Shown: one piece after another, positions 20,250 to 31,106 of the stretch | How positions within the stretch are numbered: the stretch's first letter is position 1 | How the letters are laid out: each line of letters opens with the position of its first letter | DNA from: an uncultured virus (IMG/VR IMGVR_UViG_2061766007_000136) | Lineage: Duplodnaviria; Heunggongvirae; Uroviricota; Caudoviricetes | Length of the DNA stretch: 64,000 nt | Direction: 5' to 3' (one strand) | IMG/VR virus record: IMGVR_UViG_2061766007_000136 | Translations under genes and position numbers: made by a program | Notes under the pieces: model-generated | The model's input: the letters and a program-made list of their open reading frames with translations, nothing else | Database searches by the model: none | Told to the model about the DNA's origin: nothing

Positions 20250-20759
20250 ATGAACAACATAATTAAAAACAGGGCTGGTATGGAAAGTAGAGTAGAAAAC
20301 ACGCAAGAATCAAAAAAAGAAAGCAAAGTTTCGGAACTTCAATCAAGCATCTATGGTTGGTCATTTCGTAAGCCTTTTTCATATAATTTACAAGGTTATG
20401 CCTACCGTGAAGACGGTTTGTGCGAAGAGCATTGGCTTGTGTTTGATTTCAATGTTTGCAAAGACACGCTGAAGTCGAAAGAATATTTTATCACCGTGCA
20501 TAAAGATGAAAAGCTACTGGTGGGACAATATCCGTCCGTAGAAACGACGATGCTTAAAAGCACTCAGCTTGCGGAATTCCATCCTAAAGACAGTGATTTG
20601 AAGGAACAAATGAAAGCATTTCTTCAAAATGAGCAATTCAATCCACATGAAGAGCAAGAAAACTGGAAAGAAATCTGGAAAGGAGTGGCAAGCAATGGAT
20701 TGCGAAAATTAAATCACATGCTCGCATACTTTGAATGGTGTAGTGGCAAAACCGAGTAG
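20250..20759 (+). CDS. Hypothetical protein
   Basis: RBS and ORF. Confidence 0.55.
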   Translation: MNNIIKNRAGMESRVENTQESKKESKVSELQSSIYGWSFRKPFSYNLQGYAYREDGLCEEHWLVFDFNVCKDTLKSKEYFITVHKDEKLLVGQYPSVETTMLKSTQLAEFHPKDSDLKEQMKAFLQNEQFNPHEEQENWKEIWKGVASNGLRKLNHMLAYFEWCSGKTE

Positions 20760-20846
20760 GATTTCTTAAAAACACTCATGGTATAATAAGGTGAACATGC
20801 ACAAAGTGGCATGGGAACCAAGAACCTATTAAAAGGAGAATTAACC

Positions 20847-21305
20847 ATGAGCGAAGAAATTAAAGAAGAAAAGAAACAGAAGAAGACGTTTGGCTGGATT
20901 AAGAACATCATCAGCGCAGTCGCTGGTGCTGTCGTCGCCTTTGCTGCCACCATCGGCATCATCGGCAAGAGCGACGCTGAAATTGCCAAGGAGAAGATTG
21001 ACGGCTGGCTGAACAAGACCGAAGTGGTCTATGTTCAGGTCGAATCCGTCGGCAAAACCATCGCCGAAGTGAAGGCTCTCATTGCCGACAAGAAGTGGAC
21101 GGAAGCTCTTGCGAAGCTCGACACCATCAAGACGAACGCGACCACCACGATTGAAACCATCAAGGAACTCCGTGAGGAAATCACTGAAGCTGCGAAGGCT
21201 CTCGGAGAGGAAATCAAGGAGAAAGGCGAAGAAATCAAGGATGTCGTCGAAGAAGGCAAGGAACAAATCAAAGATGCCGTCGAAGACAAACCCGCCGAAC
21301 CGTAA
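20847..21305 (+). CDS. Membrane-anchored coiled-coil protein
   Basis: Hydrophobic segment IISAVAGAVVAFAATIGII followed by an EK-rich helical region. Confidence 0.6.
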   Translation: MSEEIKEEKKQKKTFGWIKNIISAVAGAVVAFAATIGIIGKSDAEIAKEKIDGWLNKTEVVYVQVESVGKTIAEVKALIADKKWTEALAKLDTIKTNATTTIETIKELREEITEAAKALGEEIKEKGEEIKDVVEEGKEQIKDAVEDKPAEP

Positions 21306-21436
21306 TCNNNNNNNNNNNNNNNNNNNNNNNNNNNNNNNNNNNNNNNNNNNNNNNNNNNNNNNNNNNNNNNNNNNNNNNNNNNNNNNNNNNNNNNNNNNNN
21401 NNNNNNNNNNNNNNNNNNNNNNNNNNNNNNNNNNNC

Positions 21437-22106
21437 TGATGAAGCGATGGCAATGAGGGCATGACATTTTTCCAGCCTTCGATTTTCTATCAACTACGGC
21501 AACGCCTTTTCTGCATTCAGAAAAAAGCTCTTCAACAGGAATTCCGTTTTCATCATTGACAGGTGATTCAATGCCATGAGCCAGCAATCTTGCTGTTGCT
21601 GGCACGGAATATGAATTGCCTTTCCATGCCTGATTTGGACAAATAGACCAGTCGGCATTTGAATTTTCTCCATTGGAGCATGTAATCATTGAATCATAGA
21701 ATGCAGGATATGGAAGGTCGTCCCAAGAATACGGGACGCACACATGACCGAAACGGGCGGACAACATGTTGTGGATGCGCACGTCGTCGTCTTTCCAAGA
21801 CATTGAAATGGAAAGGATGTCGCAATCTGGAAGGAGAGACAGAGAATACGCCAGACCATCGTATCCAGTCTTCGGATTATAACAGGACACATGCAGTTCA
21901 AGACCATTTAACGGATACTTCCTGTCCAACGCCGTGAATATGGACAGCATCCTGTCGCCATGTTCGGTTCCATTATGATAATTTGTCCCATGCAAAGTCG
22001 CATATGACGGAAGCAAAGAGAATCCAGAATCCACCATCCCGACTCTTATCTTTTTACCGTGGTCGGCAAGCAAATCAGCATTGATTGACGTAATCATGGT
22101 CAGCAC
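21437..22106 (-). CDS. Compact subtilisin-like (S8) serine peptidase; 3' end runs into a gap
   Basis: VGMVDSG (Asp), HGTEHG (His), GNSYSVP (Ser) in S8 order; C-terminal CPHC. Confidence 0.65.
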
Positions 22107-22441
22107 GCCTTTCCAATATATATCTTCACTACAGACATGCCATCATCCTTACGACCATGCACGACAATGATGTTTTCGTCAAGGGAATTGTCTATCACCA
22201 TGTCGGCGTTCATGAACTTCATCGTCCTGACACTGCGTTCATAGACCGTATTCTCCATTTTGTTGTCAAAAGCATTGCAGACAAACTGGCAGAACATCTT
22301 TTGATGCATCCTGACTTCCACAGCCCTGTCACCGAAATCCTCAAGCATGGAGAACGCATTTACAAGCGTCACCGCATTAAAACGTTGCGACGTGAGCTTA
22401 TGGCATTCCTCCTTGCTAGCCATAAAATCATATATTGTCAT
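22100..22441 (-). CDS. Hypothetical protein
   Basis: RBS and ORF overlapping the peptidase start. Confidence 0.55.
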   Translation of the reverse strand: MTIYDFMASKEECHKLTSQRFNAVTLVNAFSMLEDFGDRAVEVRMHQKMFCQFVCNAFDNKMENTVYERSVRTMKFMNADMVIDNSLDENIIVVHGRKDDGMSVVKIYIGKAC

Positions 22442-22625
22442 AATGGTACTCCTTTCATAATGGGTTTACAAAATATTATACAACACATATAAATAAACAG
22501 TAAAAACAATCAACAGAAATTGCTATTCTATAACACTTTTGAACTTAAATTATTATGAATTTTATTTTTTTGTTTATATTATACATAAAATATGTTAGCA
22601 ACAGAGCATGATGTTAATTAATTAT

Positions 22626-23912
22626 ATGAAAACGATTAAACTTAAAATAAAGAATGAAGCAAATCTAACTAAAGAATTAAAGGAATTTAATTCAATAGTT
22701 AGATATTCATTTAATCGTTTTCAAGAAGGCTCAAAAGAAAAAGAAGTTCGTTCTTTAGTTAATGAACTATTCAAAAATAATTGTTGGTTTAATCAATGTG
22801 CTATTAAAGTTGGACAACAATTATTCAAGAAACATAAAGACAAAAGAATAATATTTGGTGGTAAAAGATTATTAGTAAATTACTTAAAGAAATTAATAAC
22901 TAAGGAAGAANNNNNNNNNNNNNNCAGTATCCAAGGCGAAGCAAAACAAAAAGGAAATAGATTATTCAATTTTGATTTAGTAAATTCAAAACTTACTTTA
23001 AAACTTTCAAAGAAGAATCATCAAGAAATTGAATTTTATAAGCCTAACAAAAATCAATTTAGAGAACTTTCAAGGATTCAAGAATTAGTTGATAATAAGC
23101 ACATTACACTAACAGTTTCTTTAAATAATGAATACATCTGGTTGACTTTTGATGAATCTATTTTAAATCTTCATAAAAAATTTCAGAATCTTAAATCCAA
23201 TAGAGTTCTTGGATTGGACTTAAATCCAAATTATATTGGTTTAAGTGTACTTGAATTCAATAAAAATGATGAATTTAAAGTAATTTATAAACAAGTTTTT
23301 GATTTATTATCTTTAAATATAACTTCAAAGAAATCTTCAGAAGATAAATCATCTAAATATTTAACAAATAAACGTAAATTTGAATTGATTCAAGTTTGTT
23401 ACGAAATCAACGAATTGATGAATTATTGGAAATGTTCAAAACTTTGTGTTGAAGATTTAAACATTAAATCAAGTGATAAAAAACAAGGAAAAACTTTCAA
23501 TAGACTCTGCAATAATGTTTGGAATAGAAATTTGGTTGTAAATAAATTGAAAATGTTGTCAGTGATTTATGGTTATGAATTAATTGAAGTGAATCCAGTT
23601 TATTCTTCATTCATAGGAAATATTCTTTATGGTTCTGAAAATACTCCCGATATGATAGCTTCTTCAATAGAAATAGCTAGAAGAGGTTTTAAAAAACATT
23701 CTAAAGGTTGGTTTTATCCAATCTTCAATGTAGATAACTTAAATGAGCAATGGAAGCAAACATTAAGTGGAATTGAAGATTGGAAATCAGCTTTTAATCA
23801 AATTAAAAAATCTAAATTAAAATATAGGTTTCAGCTAGTTGATTATATCAATAATACTGTTTTTAGTAAAAATTATAAACAAAAGAAAATAAAATTATAT
23901 TGTTTTATATAA
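22626..23912 (+). CDS. tnpB: TnpB-like RuvC nuclease (solo, no adjacent transposase)
   Basis: RuvC I VLGLDLNP, RuvC II CVEDLN, VNPVYSS, RuvC III PDMIASSIEIA; very AT-rich relative to flanks. Confidence 0.8.
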   Translation: MKTIKLKIKNEANLTKELKEFNSIVRYSFNRFQEGSKEKEVRSLVNELFKNNCWFNQCAIKVGQQLFKKHKDKRIIFGGKRLLVNYLKKLITKEEXXXXXSIQGEAKQKGNRLFNFDLVNSKLTLKLSKKNHQEIEFYKPNKNQFRELSRIQELVDNKHITLTVSLNNEYIWLTFDESILNLHKKFQNLKSNRVLGLDLNPNYIGLSVLEFNKNDEFKVIYKQVFDLLSLNITSKKSSEDKSSKYLTNKRKFELIQVCYEINELMNYWKCSKLCVEDLNIKSSDKKQGKTFNRLCNNVWNRNLVVNKLKMLSVIYGYELIEVNPVYSSFIGNILYGSENTPDMIASSIEIARRGFKKHSKGWFYPIFNVDNLNEQWKQTLSGIEDWKSAFNQIKKSKLKYRFQLVDYINNTVFSKNYKQKKIKLYCFI

Positions 23913-23957
23913 TTGTTGATAGTTTTTATATTTTATACCGTTTATATGGAACATGTA

Positions 23958-24012
23958 TAATAATGGCGTATTTTAATAATGGTGTATTTTAATAATGGTG
24001 TATTTTAATAAT
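23958..24012. repeat. Tandem 16-nt repeat TAATAATGG(C/T)GTATTT, about 3.4 copies
   Basis: Units at 23958, 23974 and 23990, partial at 24006; no spacers. Confidence 0.9.
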
Positions 24013-24031
24013 TATAATGGAGAATTATGTT

Positions 24032-25906
24032 ATGAGAAACAACATAAAGATAGCCAAGGATTTAATAAGGATAGCCAAGATGCTCCTTGCTTTCAGCAGG
24101 AATGAACTTGAAAGGCAGTTGAAGCAAATGAATGTTCCAAATTTGAACATTGATGAAAATTTGGAATGTCTTGAGAAGATGTCTCCAAAATCACAGAAGG
24201 CAGCATTGTTCTGGATTAGAAGAGGTTCTTTAATTCTTCCTGAAGATTTAAGTAAATTCGAGCAGGCAATGAACCTGATAAACAAACAGCGTCTTGATTT
24301 TCAAAAATTCGACAGTCCAATGGATGTGATAAACAGAAATGACAAATCCACAAAGAAAATCAAAAGCCAAGACATCTCATTCAATCCCGATACAGAACCA
24401 GCATTTTTCAATAAAAAAGCTTTGAAAAATGGAGTAACTGTATATTATGTAAAAAACACAAAGGAAGGACAGATAGCAGTAAGAAAGGCAATAGATGCCA
24501 ACTGGGGCTATGACAAAAACCCGTGGTGTCTCGCAGCAAGAAAATCTGGATTCGACCAGCAGGAAATTGATTCATTAACTGAAGAACAAAAAGAACGTTT
24601 AGGATTGTATGGAGGTGAACTGGATACCGCTTGGACTTATTGGAATCGTTATAACAAATATCAAAAAAGAATCGCTTTCCAGAATGGGAAACTTCTGGCT
24701 TTCTGTGCCAATGATTGTTATGAAATAGTATGGTGGGATAAGAATGACAAATCTTCTGACAACATCCCAGGTCTTGATTTCATTGATGATGATATGGAGT
24801 TTCTCATGAAATATGAACAAAAGAAGTTGTCCAAAAATTTTCATACACCTCCAGAAATATTAGAGCAACTGGCAAACAGTCATGACTATGATGTAAAATT
24901 GTCCGTTGCTGAAAATCCGAACACACCTATAAAAGTATTAGAGCAACTGGTAAATTACGATAATGATGATATAAAAATCTCCATTGCCAAAAATCCCAAA
25001 GCATCTTCTGAAATGCTTGAAAAATTGTCGAATGACAAGAATATGGAGATAAAACAATTAGTCGCCAAGAATCCAAATACATCAGCAGGCACTCTGGAAA
25101 AGCTGTCATCTGAAGAAAATTTAAAACTAGATATAGCTTGTAATCCAAATACATCTGCTGAAACGCTTGATAAACTGGTAAAAATCGACGACATACACGA
25201 ATTAGATTTTAGTCAATTCAAACTGTTGAGTTGTATAGCCGAACATCCAAATATTTCTGATAAAACACTTTTAAAAATGATAAATAATGAAACTATTTCA
25301 TCACTTATATCATATTCAATCCTTGAAAATCCAAATGTGCCTGTCAGCATTATCGAAAAATTGGCGTGTGAAGGAAACGAAGAGACAAAATGTCGTGTCG
25401 CCACATGCCCGAAGACACCAATCAGCATATTGAAAATACTAGCAAATGACCAGTCACTTCACGTGAGACGCTCTGTTGCTTCAAATCCGAACATATCAGA
25501 TGAAATGCTGGCAAATTTCATGAATGATGAAAACAATTACAAAAAAAGCCTTTCCAAGAATCCAAAGACTCCTTCGGAAATGCTCGCAAGACTGGCTGAT
25601 GACGAAAACGATGAAATAAAAACAAATGTCTGTAACAATCCTAATACTCCAGTCAATATACTGGAAAAATTTTCAAATGACAGTAATTGGCGTATAAGAA
25701 GAGCAGTTGCTTCAAATACAAGCGCGACTGAGGAAATACTTGATAGGCTATCAAATGACCGTGAGATAGGAGTAAGAGTTGCTGTTTCCTATAATCCTAA
25801 AACACCAATGTGGATACTGGAAAATTTAGCACGTGAAAAAGAAACAGGGGTAGGTAGTGTTGCAATCGAACGATTAAAAAAAGTAAAACAGCAATCAGAG
25901 TTGTAA
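24032..25906 (+). CDS. Protein with IAK-L-AK-LLA leader and many LRV/HEAT-like (NPNTP) repeats
   Basis: About 14 repeats of the VAxNPNTPxxxLxxL type in the C-terminal half; NPWCL motif. Confidence 0.8.
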   Translation: MRNNIKIAKDLIRIAKMLLAFSRNELERQLKQMNVPNLNIDENLECLEKMSPKSQKAALFWIRRGSLILPEDLSKFEQAMNLINKQRLDFQKFDSPMDVINRNDKSTKKIKSQDISFNPDTEPAFFNKKALKNGVTVYYVKNTKEGQIAVRKAIDANWGYDKNPWCLAARKSGFDQQEIDSLTEEQKERLGLYGGELDTAWTYWNRYNKYQKRIAFQNGKLLAFCANDCYEIVWWDKNDKSSDNIPGLDFIDDDMEFLMKYEQKKLSKNFHTPPEILEQLANSHDYDVKLSVAENPNTPIKVLEQLVNYDNDDIKISIAKNPKASSEMLEKLSNDKNMEIKQLVAKNPNTSAGTLEKLSSEENLKLDIACNPNTSAETLDKLVKIDDIHELDFSQFKLLSCIAEHPNISDKTLLKMINNETISSLISYSILENPNVPVSIIEKLACEGNEETKCRVATCPKTPISILKILANDQSLHVRRSVASNPNISDEMLANFMNDENNYKKSLSKNPKTPSEMLARLADDENDEIKTNVCNNPNTPVNILEKFSNDSNWRIRRAVASNTSATEEILDRLSNDREIGVRVAVSYNPKTPMWILENLAREKETGVGSVAIERLKKVKQQSEL

Positions 25907-25909
25907 AAA

Positions 25910-26617
25910 TTACAACAAAAACATTTGCTCTGGTCTTTTTTCTATCTTGGCGTTATTCTCAATGACTTGTTTTTCGCCAGTCGAATTGTTGACGATGGTT
26001 TTGCCGATGAACGAACCAAGCTCGTAAGTCGAATTGTCACCCTTCGGATATGGAAGCACTTCGTATCTCAATGCATTCGTCCATTCCTTCCTAAGTTTCT
26101 TCGAATTTGTGCAGAAATAGACATAGCGATGCTTGATAGAACGCTCGACACTATATTCATCTTTTCTCACATCGAACGAATCCGCATGCCTGTTATGCTT
26201 CGTCTTGTCAGGACTGTACTTGTCGGCATGAGGAGATGAAGTGCCCGTGTACATGAAATTACAAGCTTGATAAACATAGCCGTGGTGGTTCATGGCAAGG
26301 TCGGAATACGACACCACAATCCAGTCCAACGGCTTGAGCATTTTGAGCGTAGCAGATACAAAATGGGACAGTTGCTTCTTGTATGTCTCCAGACGGCACA
26401 TGCGGTTGAGTTCATAGACGTTTCCAGACCATTTCTCCCCGCAAATCCCCTTGCAGATAGTGGGGCTTGCTGGTTTTCCGTAAGTGATTACCGCTTGCAG
26501 GATTCCATCCTCAACCAATCCAAATGCCTTGCTGACGACTGGTTTCCTACCAGAGTAATGACGGGGGAGGAGAAAATTGATTGCGTCGTCATGTGATATT
26601 TCAATGATTGACTCCAT
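25910..26617 (-). CDS. Mom-family adenine-modifying GNAT acetyltransferase
   Basis: HYSGR, YGKPAS, YELNR, VVSYSD, HHGYVYQACNFMYTG, KHRYVY. Confidence 0.8.
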   Translation of the reverse strand: MESIIEISHDDAINFLLPRHYSGRKPVVSKAFGLVEDGILQAVITYGKPASPTICKGICGEKWSGNVYELNRMCRLETYKKQLSHFVSATLKMLKPLDWIVVSYSDLAMNHHGYVYQACNFMYTGTSSPHADKYSPDKTKHNRHADSFDVRKDEYSVERSIKHRYVYFCTNSKKLRKEWTNALRYEVLPYPKGDNSTYELGSFIGKTIVNNSTGEKQVIENNAKIEKRPEQMFLL

Positions 26618-27051
26618 CAATGCCACCCCCAATTCGACTTCGTATCCCTCGCGTCTTTCAGGATATCCTTAAAATCCTTAAAACGCATCGGTTTATCACA
26701 TCCAGCATATCCATATATCTGGTCGTCATCATAATCACCAATAAGATTTAGCAACATGCTTGCGGTATAATGACCAAATTTGCCTTCACAATCCGAGCAA
26801 TAAAGAAAGTCTATTATTTTACCGTACTTCTTCCGATATTTACGATAGAGTTTCTCGGTCTTCGCATCGTACTTTTTATAGAATTCCTTATCATCAGTAA
26901 AACCGACATCGTCTAAAAGTATATAATGCTCCCTGAGTTCATCGCATGGAATCAGGTTTCCAATTGTCCTGCGCAATCTTCTGAACCCGCCATAACCCAT
27001 GTCATTGCTCAAATTCTTTGAAAAAATCGTAATGCCCATGACTGACCTCAA
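26617..27051 (-). CDS. Hypothetical phage protein
   Basis: GYGGF..LR and FLYCSDCEG; coupled to the next gene. Confidence 0.55.
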   Translation of the reverse strand: MRSVMGITIFSKNLSNDMGYGGFRRLRRTIGNLIPCDELREHYILLDDVGFTDDKEFYKKYDAKTEKLYRKYRKKYGKIIDFLYCSDCEGKFGHYTASMLLNLIGDYDDDQIYGYAGCDKPMRFKDFKDILKDARDTKSNWGWH

Positions 27052-28444
27052 TTCAAACTTTGTACCAGCATTTCAGTATACCAAGGACATTTCTTATTGA
27101 CGGCAAGTATCTTGTCAAGACAGATACATCCTTTGGTTTTCTTATCACATCCTTCACAGCATTCATATTCCTTGTTTTCCAACGTCACGACATTTCTTCC
27201 ATTCATGAACATCATGTCCTTGATGAATGGAAACATGCTTTCAAGGAGAAGACCAAAATCCATTTCGGCATACTCTTTCTTGAAAGCACCATAATCCATC
27301 TTCATGTCGAATCCATCGACTTCGCATCTTTCATCGTCTAGGTCAAAACATGCCTCGTTGCATTCCTGTGGGCAACAGCATCCTGAAATGAACAAATCAT
27401 CCAGATACGATGTAGAAGCCACATAACTACTAGAAGACGCATAACTATTTGTATGGTACAGCTCAATGTCATTGACATATGCATATTTGCGGGTGAAAGG
27501 CGAAAGATAGCCTTTGTGAAAGAAATGATTGATGCATGATGTCATCTCATAATAATCCGAGCACCACATCATTTCAATTTGTGAATAATTTTGAAAACTA
27601 ATGTCAATCGTCTCATATCCGTAAATGCCAGTGTCATGATGCATATTCACATTTTTATTCTTCAAAAGGAATTCATTATCATTATACGCATCGAACATAT
27701 CGTTCGGATTCGCATACATGACAACATGATAATCTCCAGCATAGGAAGAGGCATGGTTGACAGCCTCTTCCATCAACCATGTCCTCAGACTATTCCTGTG
27801 GAATTGTGTCTTGACCTTTATTTCCATCTTCGACCGCGCCTTTTTCTTCGGAAGGCTTGTTGAAAAGTCTATCCATGAATGCATCGCAAATGCAATCATT
27901 GCAGGCTTTAAATTCGATTCCATTCCTGCTATGGACAGTCTGTACTGCATTTATAGGTTTGTCCAGATTGCAGATGGAGCATCTTGTCTTTATAAGACCA
28001 CAATCCTTCATTATTCCAGCAACTAGAAGTGCCGCCCATAAAATCATCATGCAAAACCAGAATATCTTCATTTTTGTCCTCTTTTATGTTTATTAATTCT
28101 TTTAGAAAAGCGAGCAGTTGACTCGCGTGGGTTCGTACTTGTCGGTAAATGCGTTCACCGCCTTCACCAGGAGCATCATGTCCCCGTGACGCTGTTCGGA
28201 CGTATTGGCGATGACATCGGACAGCCTTCCACGCGAATCCTGATATTTCATCCTGTTCTGCTCCTCGACGAAGTTCTCATACTCGTCATCATCCATCAGA
28301 AGCTCGATTGTCCTACCATCGTATCTTTCAATAATCGTCTTGCCTTCGTATCTCTTGCGGATGGTGGTCTTCACATCTGTGATGTCGAAAATCTGTTCCT
28401 CGCCAATTCCAGTGGCAATGCGTAGATTCATAGTTCAGCTCTCC

Positions 28445-29344
28445 TTATTTTTCCAATGAATTGACAAAATCAAGCTCATGCACAAAAGCGTCGGTCAGCA
28501 TCCCGATGTCGGGGTTTGGCAACCCGAAGCGCAACTTGATGAATTTATAATTCACCATCAGGTATTCGAGTTCGTCAAGGTTCCTCGCCATCAGCGTCCT
28601 GACCTCTGGTTCATCCTTGCCAGTGAGATGTTGCAGGAACTTTTTCTCACACTCATGAAAACAGCAGTTCCCGTCGAAATAGTGCATCCTGTCAAACCAG
28701 TCCACCATGCCTCCCGTTTCAGATACGCTGTCGGATTTTGTCGTAGCATATCCGTGCATCAGCTTCCATACCATGCGGATGGAAGAACCATTCGCCTTTA
28801 CAAGGTACGCCTTGCAATGGTGATTGCGCCTGTAATAGAAATCGGCATTTCTCGAAGGCATATTGGACAGGAAGAAATCCATCACCGTGCTGTGCATCTT
28901 GCGAAGCGGTATCCTTTCGGCAGTGTCCTTGACGACGAATGCGCTCAGCCCCTTGTGGATTTTGAAAACCACGTCCATCAGAGGGGAGACGACCTTGTTC
29001 TGGATGTTCTCGTCGATTTTATTACGATACGTCCACCTTCTCACATCCTTGAAAATCTCGTCTTCCTTGTCTGGATTCTCCTTGAGGCGGTTTCCAAGAG
29101 TGTGCCAGATTTCAGGGTCGTAACCGCATCTGGAAAGCGAACCAGCGTCCATAAGCTCAAGCTTCATCACCCCGTCGTCGCCGAAGTCCTTGTAGAAAGT
29201 CCAGCACTTGTCGAACTTGTCGTCAAGGTCGGCAATCGGTCGAGAGAACCAGTATTTGTTCTCTTTTGCTTTGTACCCGTCGTATTTGTGATACTCGTTA
29301 GCAATCGCTTCAATCGCGTTGTTCTCAATCGAATACTCTGACAT
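28445..29344 (-). CDS. Hypothetical protein
   Basis: Promoter motif at 29394-29422, RBS, long ORF. Confidence 0.6.
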   Translation of the reverse strand: MSEYSIENNAIEAIANEYHKYDGYKAKENKYWFSRPIADLDDKFDKCWTFYKDFGDDGVMKLELMDAGSLSRCGYDPEIWHTLGNRLKENPDKEDEIFKDVRRWTYRNKIDENIQNKVVSPLMDVVFKIHKGLSAFVVKDTAERIPLRKMHSTVMDFFLSNMPSRNADFYYRRNHHCKAYLVKANGSSIRMVWKLMHGYATTKSDSVSETGGMVDWFDRMHYFDGNCCFHECEKKFLQHLTGKDEPEVRTLMARNLDELEYLMVNYKFIKLRFGLPNPDIGMLTDAFVHELDFVNSLEK

Positions 29345-29435
29345 TTTCAAAACTCCTTTGTTTATGTTTAATGCTTGTCTGTTGAAACAATAATAATATA
29401 CATCGGAATATTAAAAATGCAATTTTCTATCATGG

Positions 29436-30755
29436 TTATTTTCCTTTGTATTTGTCAATCACCTGTCGTTCAATTATTTTGATGTACCAGTCGTTGATGG
29501 CATTGAAGTTGGAAGAATTCGGTAAATTCGATTTCTCGAACATCCCGTCCATCTCATCCATCATCTTGGTCGCCTTGTTCAACACTTCTTCATAAGAATA
29601 AACCCCATTGCGGATGTTCAAGAGGTATTCCCGTTCCTCTCCTTCAAAATTAACTTTCGGAATTCCAGTCTTCGCGATGGATTCGGAACAGATGAGAAGT
29701 CTCATGGTGTGCATGAGATTCTTCCAATCGACCTTACCTTCGCTATCCCAGTCATTCGTGTATCTCGCCTCGTTACGGTTGTTCATCCATTCCCAGAAAG
29801 AAGCGTATTCTTTACGAGCGCGGGTGTATCCTTCGATGTCAATGCTAATGACACCTTCCCAGTCGTCGATTTCGCGTTCCTTGGAAATAGACTCGAATTT
29901 GAGGTTCATCGCCTCTTCGTCGAAGAAGCCCTTTCCGTTGCGGTACAGACGATAGACATTTGGGATGCCTTCGACTTTGGAAATGTCGTACTTGTCGAAA
30001 TCCTCGTTGAATTCGCGTGGTCTGAACGGGAATCCATTCAAATCCCTGCGGTACGAGTAGACGAAGCTCCTGAACGTAGGAGGAAGCATGCTTTTGACTT
30101 CTTTAGACAGGAACAGCATGATGGAGCCATCACCAATCTTGTTCCAGTCGATGATGTTGGGTTTCAGCAACGGGTCGTCAGGATTCCACTCGACATTCTC
30201 TTTTTGGAGATAGGCGAGAAAATCAGAACCGAAATGCTGTTGAATCCACATCTTGTTCAAGTCGGACTGCATCACCCTCGTCATGCAGTTGCATGGTTGG
30301 TTCAGAAGCATGCGGAGAAGCTTGATTCCGTCTTCATTGACGTACTTGGACACGGAATTGCCCTTCTTGTTCAAGCCTTTGGCTCTCTGAATCTGGGCAT
30401 AGGCGTAACCCTTGAACGTATGCAGAGCGCGTTTGCTCATGAACCACTCGCGATGGCTGATAAGTTCGTCATACAAAGGGGATTTGTAGAGAATCGCCCT
30501 TTCAGGAACCCACAGCAACTCGATGATGTTCGGATTGCATTCGCTCGCAAGTTTCAGGAACTTACCGAGAGAGTAGTATTTCGTATCCTGCTTGTCGTCG
30601 GCAATCTCGCCGTTTTGACGACCGTTGATGTTCAGGACATCGCGGATGTCTTCAAGGTAGATTCCTCTTTTGTCCAAATCGGACGACGGGGTGTTAAGCC
30701 CGTAAAGATGGCTTCCAGCCACGGATTCAAAAATCAAATTTTTTGGTCTTTCCAT
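29436..30755 (-). CDS. DNA polymerase beta-superfamily nucleotidyltransferase (YcgL/RlaP-like)
   Basis: GSHLYGLNTPSSDLDKRG, CNPNIIELLW, KNLMHTMRL, LLNIRNG. Confidence 0.85.
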   Translation of the reverse strand: MERPKNLIFESVAGSHLYGLNTPSSDLDKRGIYLEDIRDVLNINGRQNGEIADDKQDTKYYSLGKFLKLASECNPNIIELLWVPERAILYKSPLYDELISHREWFMSKRALHTFKGYAYAQIQRAKGLNKKGNSVSKYVNEDGIKLLRMLLNQPCNCMTRVMQSDLNKMWIQQHFGSDFLAYLQKENVEWNPDDPLLKPNIIDWNKIGDGSIMLFLSKEVKSMLPPTFRSFVYSYRRDLNGFPFRPREFNEDFDKYDISKVEGIPNVYRLYRNGKGFFDEEAMNLKFESISKEREIDDWEGVISIDIEGYTRARKEYASFWEWMNNRNEARYTNDWDSEGKVDWKNLMHTMRLLICSESIAKTGIPKVNFEGEEREYLLNIRNGVYSYEEVLNKATKMMDEMDGMFEKSNLPNSSNFNAINDWYIKIIERQVIDKYKGK

Positions 30756-30764
30756 ATTTACACC

Positions 30765-31106
30765 TTATTGAAAAAGAGATTTGTCCAAGTATTCGTATAT
30801 TCGCTTCAATTCCTGTTCGGTCGGTACATGACCGTCTTTGAATTCAATGAACGACGGGAGGAATTTCCTGTCGGTCGGTTTCCAGTTCTTCCGTGCATCT
30901 TCTGCAAGGCGTTCAAGTTCATGCGATTCTTGTTTTGACAAGCCGAGCATTTGTTCTACTTCTGAAAGGTCGTCGATAGGCGGAATGATACCGATTTCCA
31001 TCTTGCTGTATTCATCCGCCCTGATGCCAGTCGATTCACATAGTTTTCTCAACGTCAGTCTTTTCGCTTTCCTTCTTGTAAACAGATAATCCGTGAATTC
31101 ACTCAT
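30765..31106 (-). CDS. XRE-family helix-turn-helix protein
   Basis: RKAKRLTLRKLCESTGI...YSKMEIG. Confidence 0.7.
   Translation of the reverse strand: MSEFTDYLFTRRKAKRLTLRKLCESTGIRADEYSKMEIGIIPPIDDLSEVEQMLGLSKQESHELERLAEDARKNWKPTDRKFLPSFIEFKDGHVPTEQELKRIYEYLDKSLFQ

Noticed and set aside
23958..24012. Possible mini-CRISPR array next to the TnpB-like gene
   Set aside because: Units are contiguous 16-mers with no spacers
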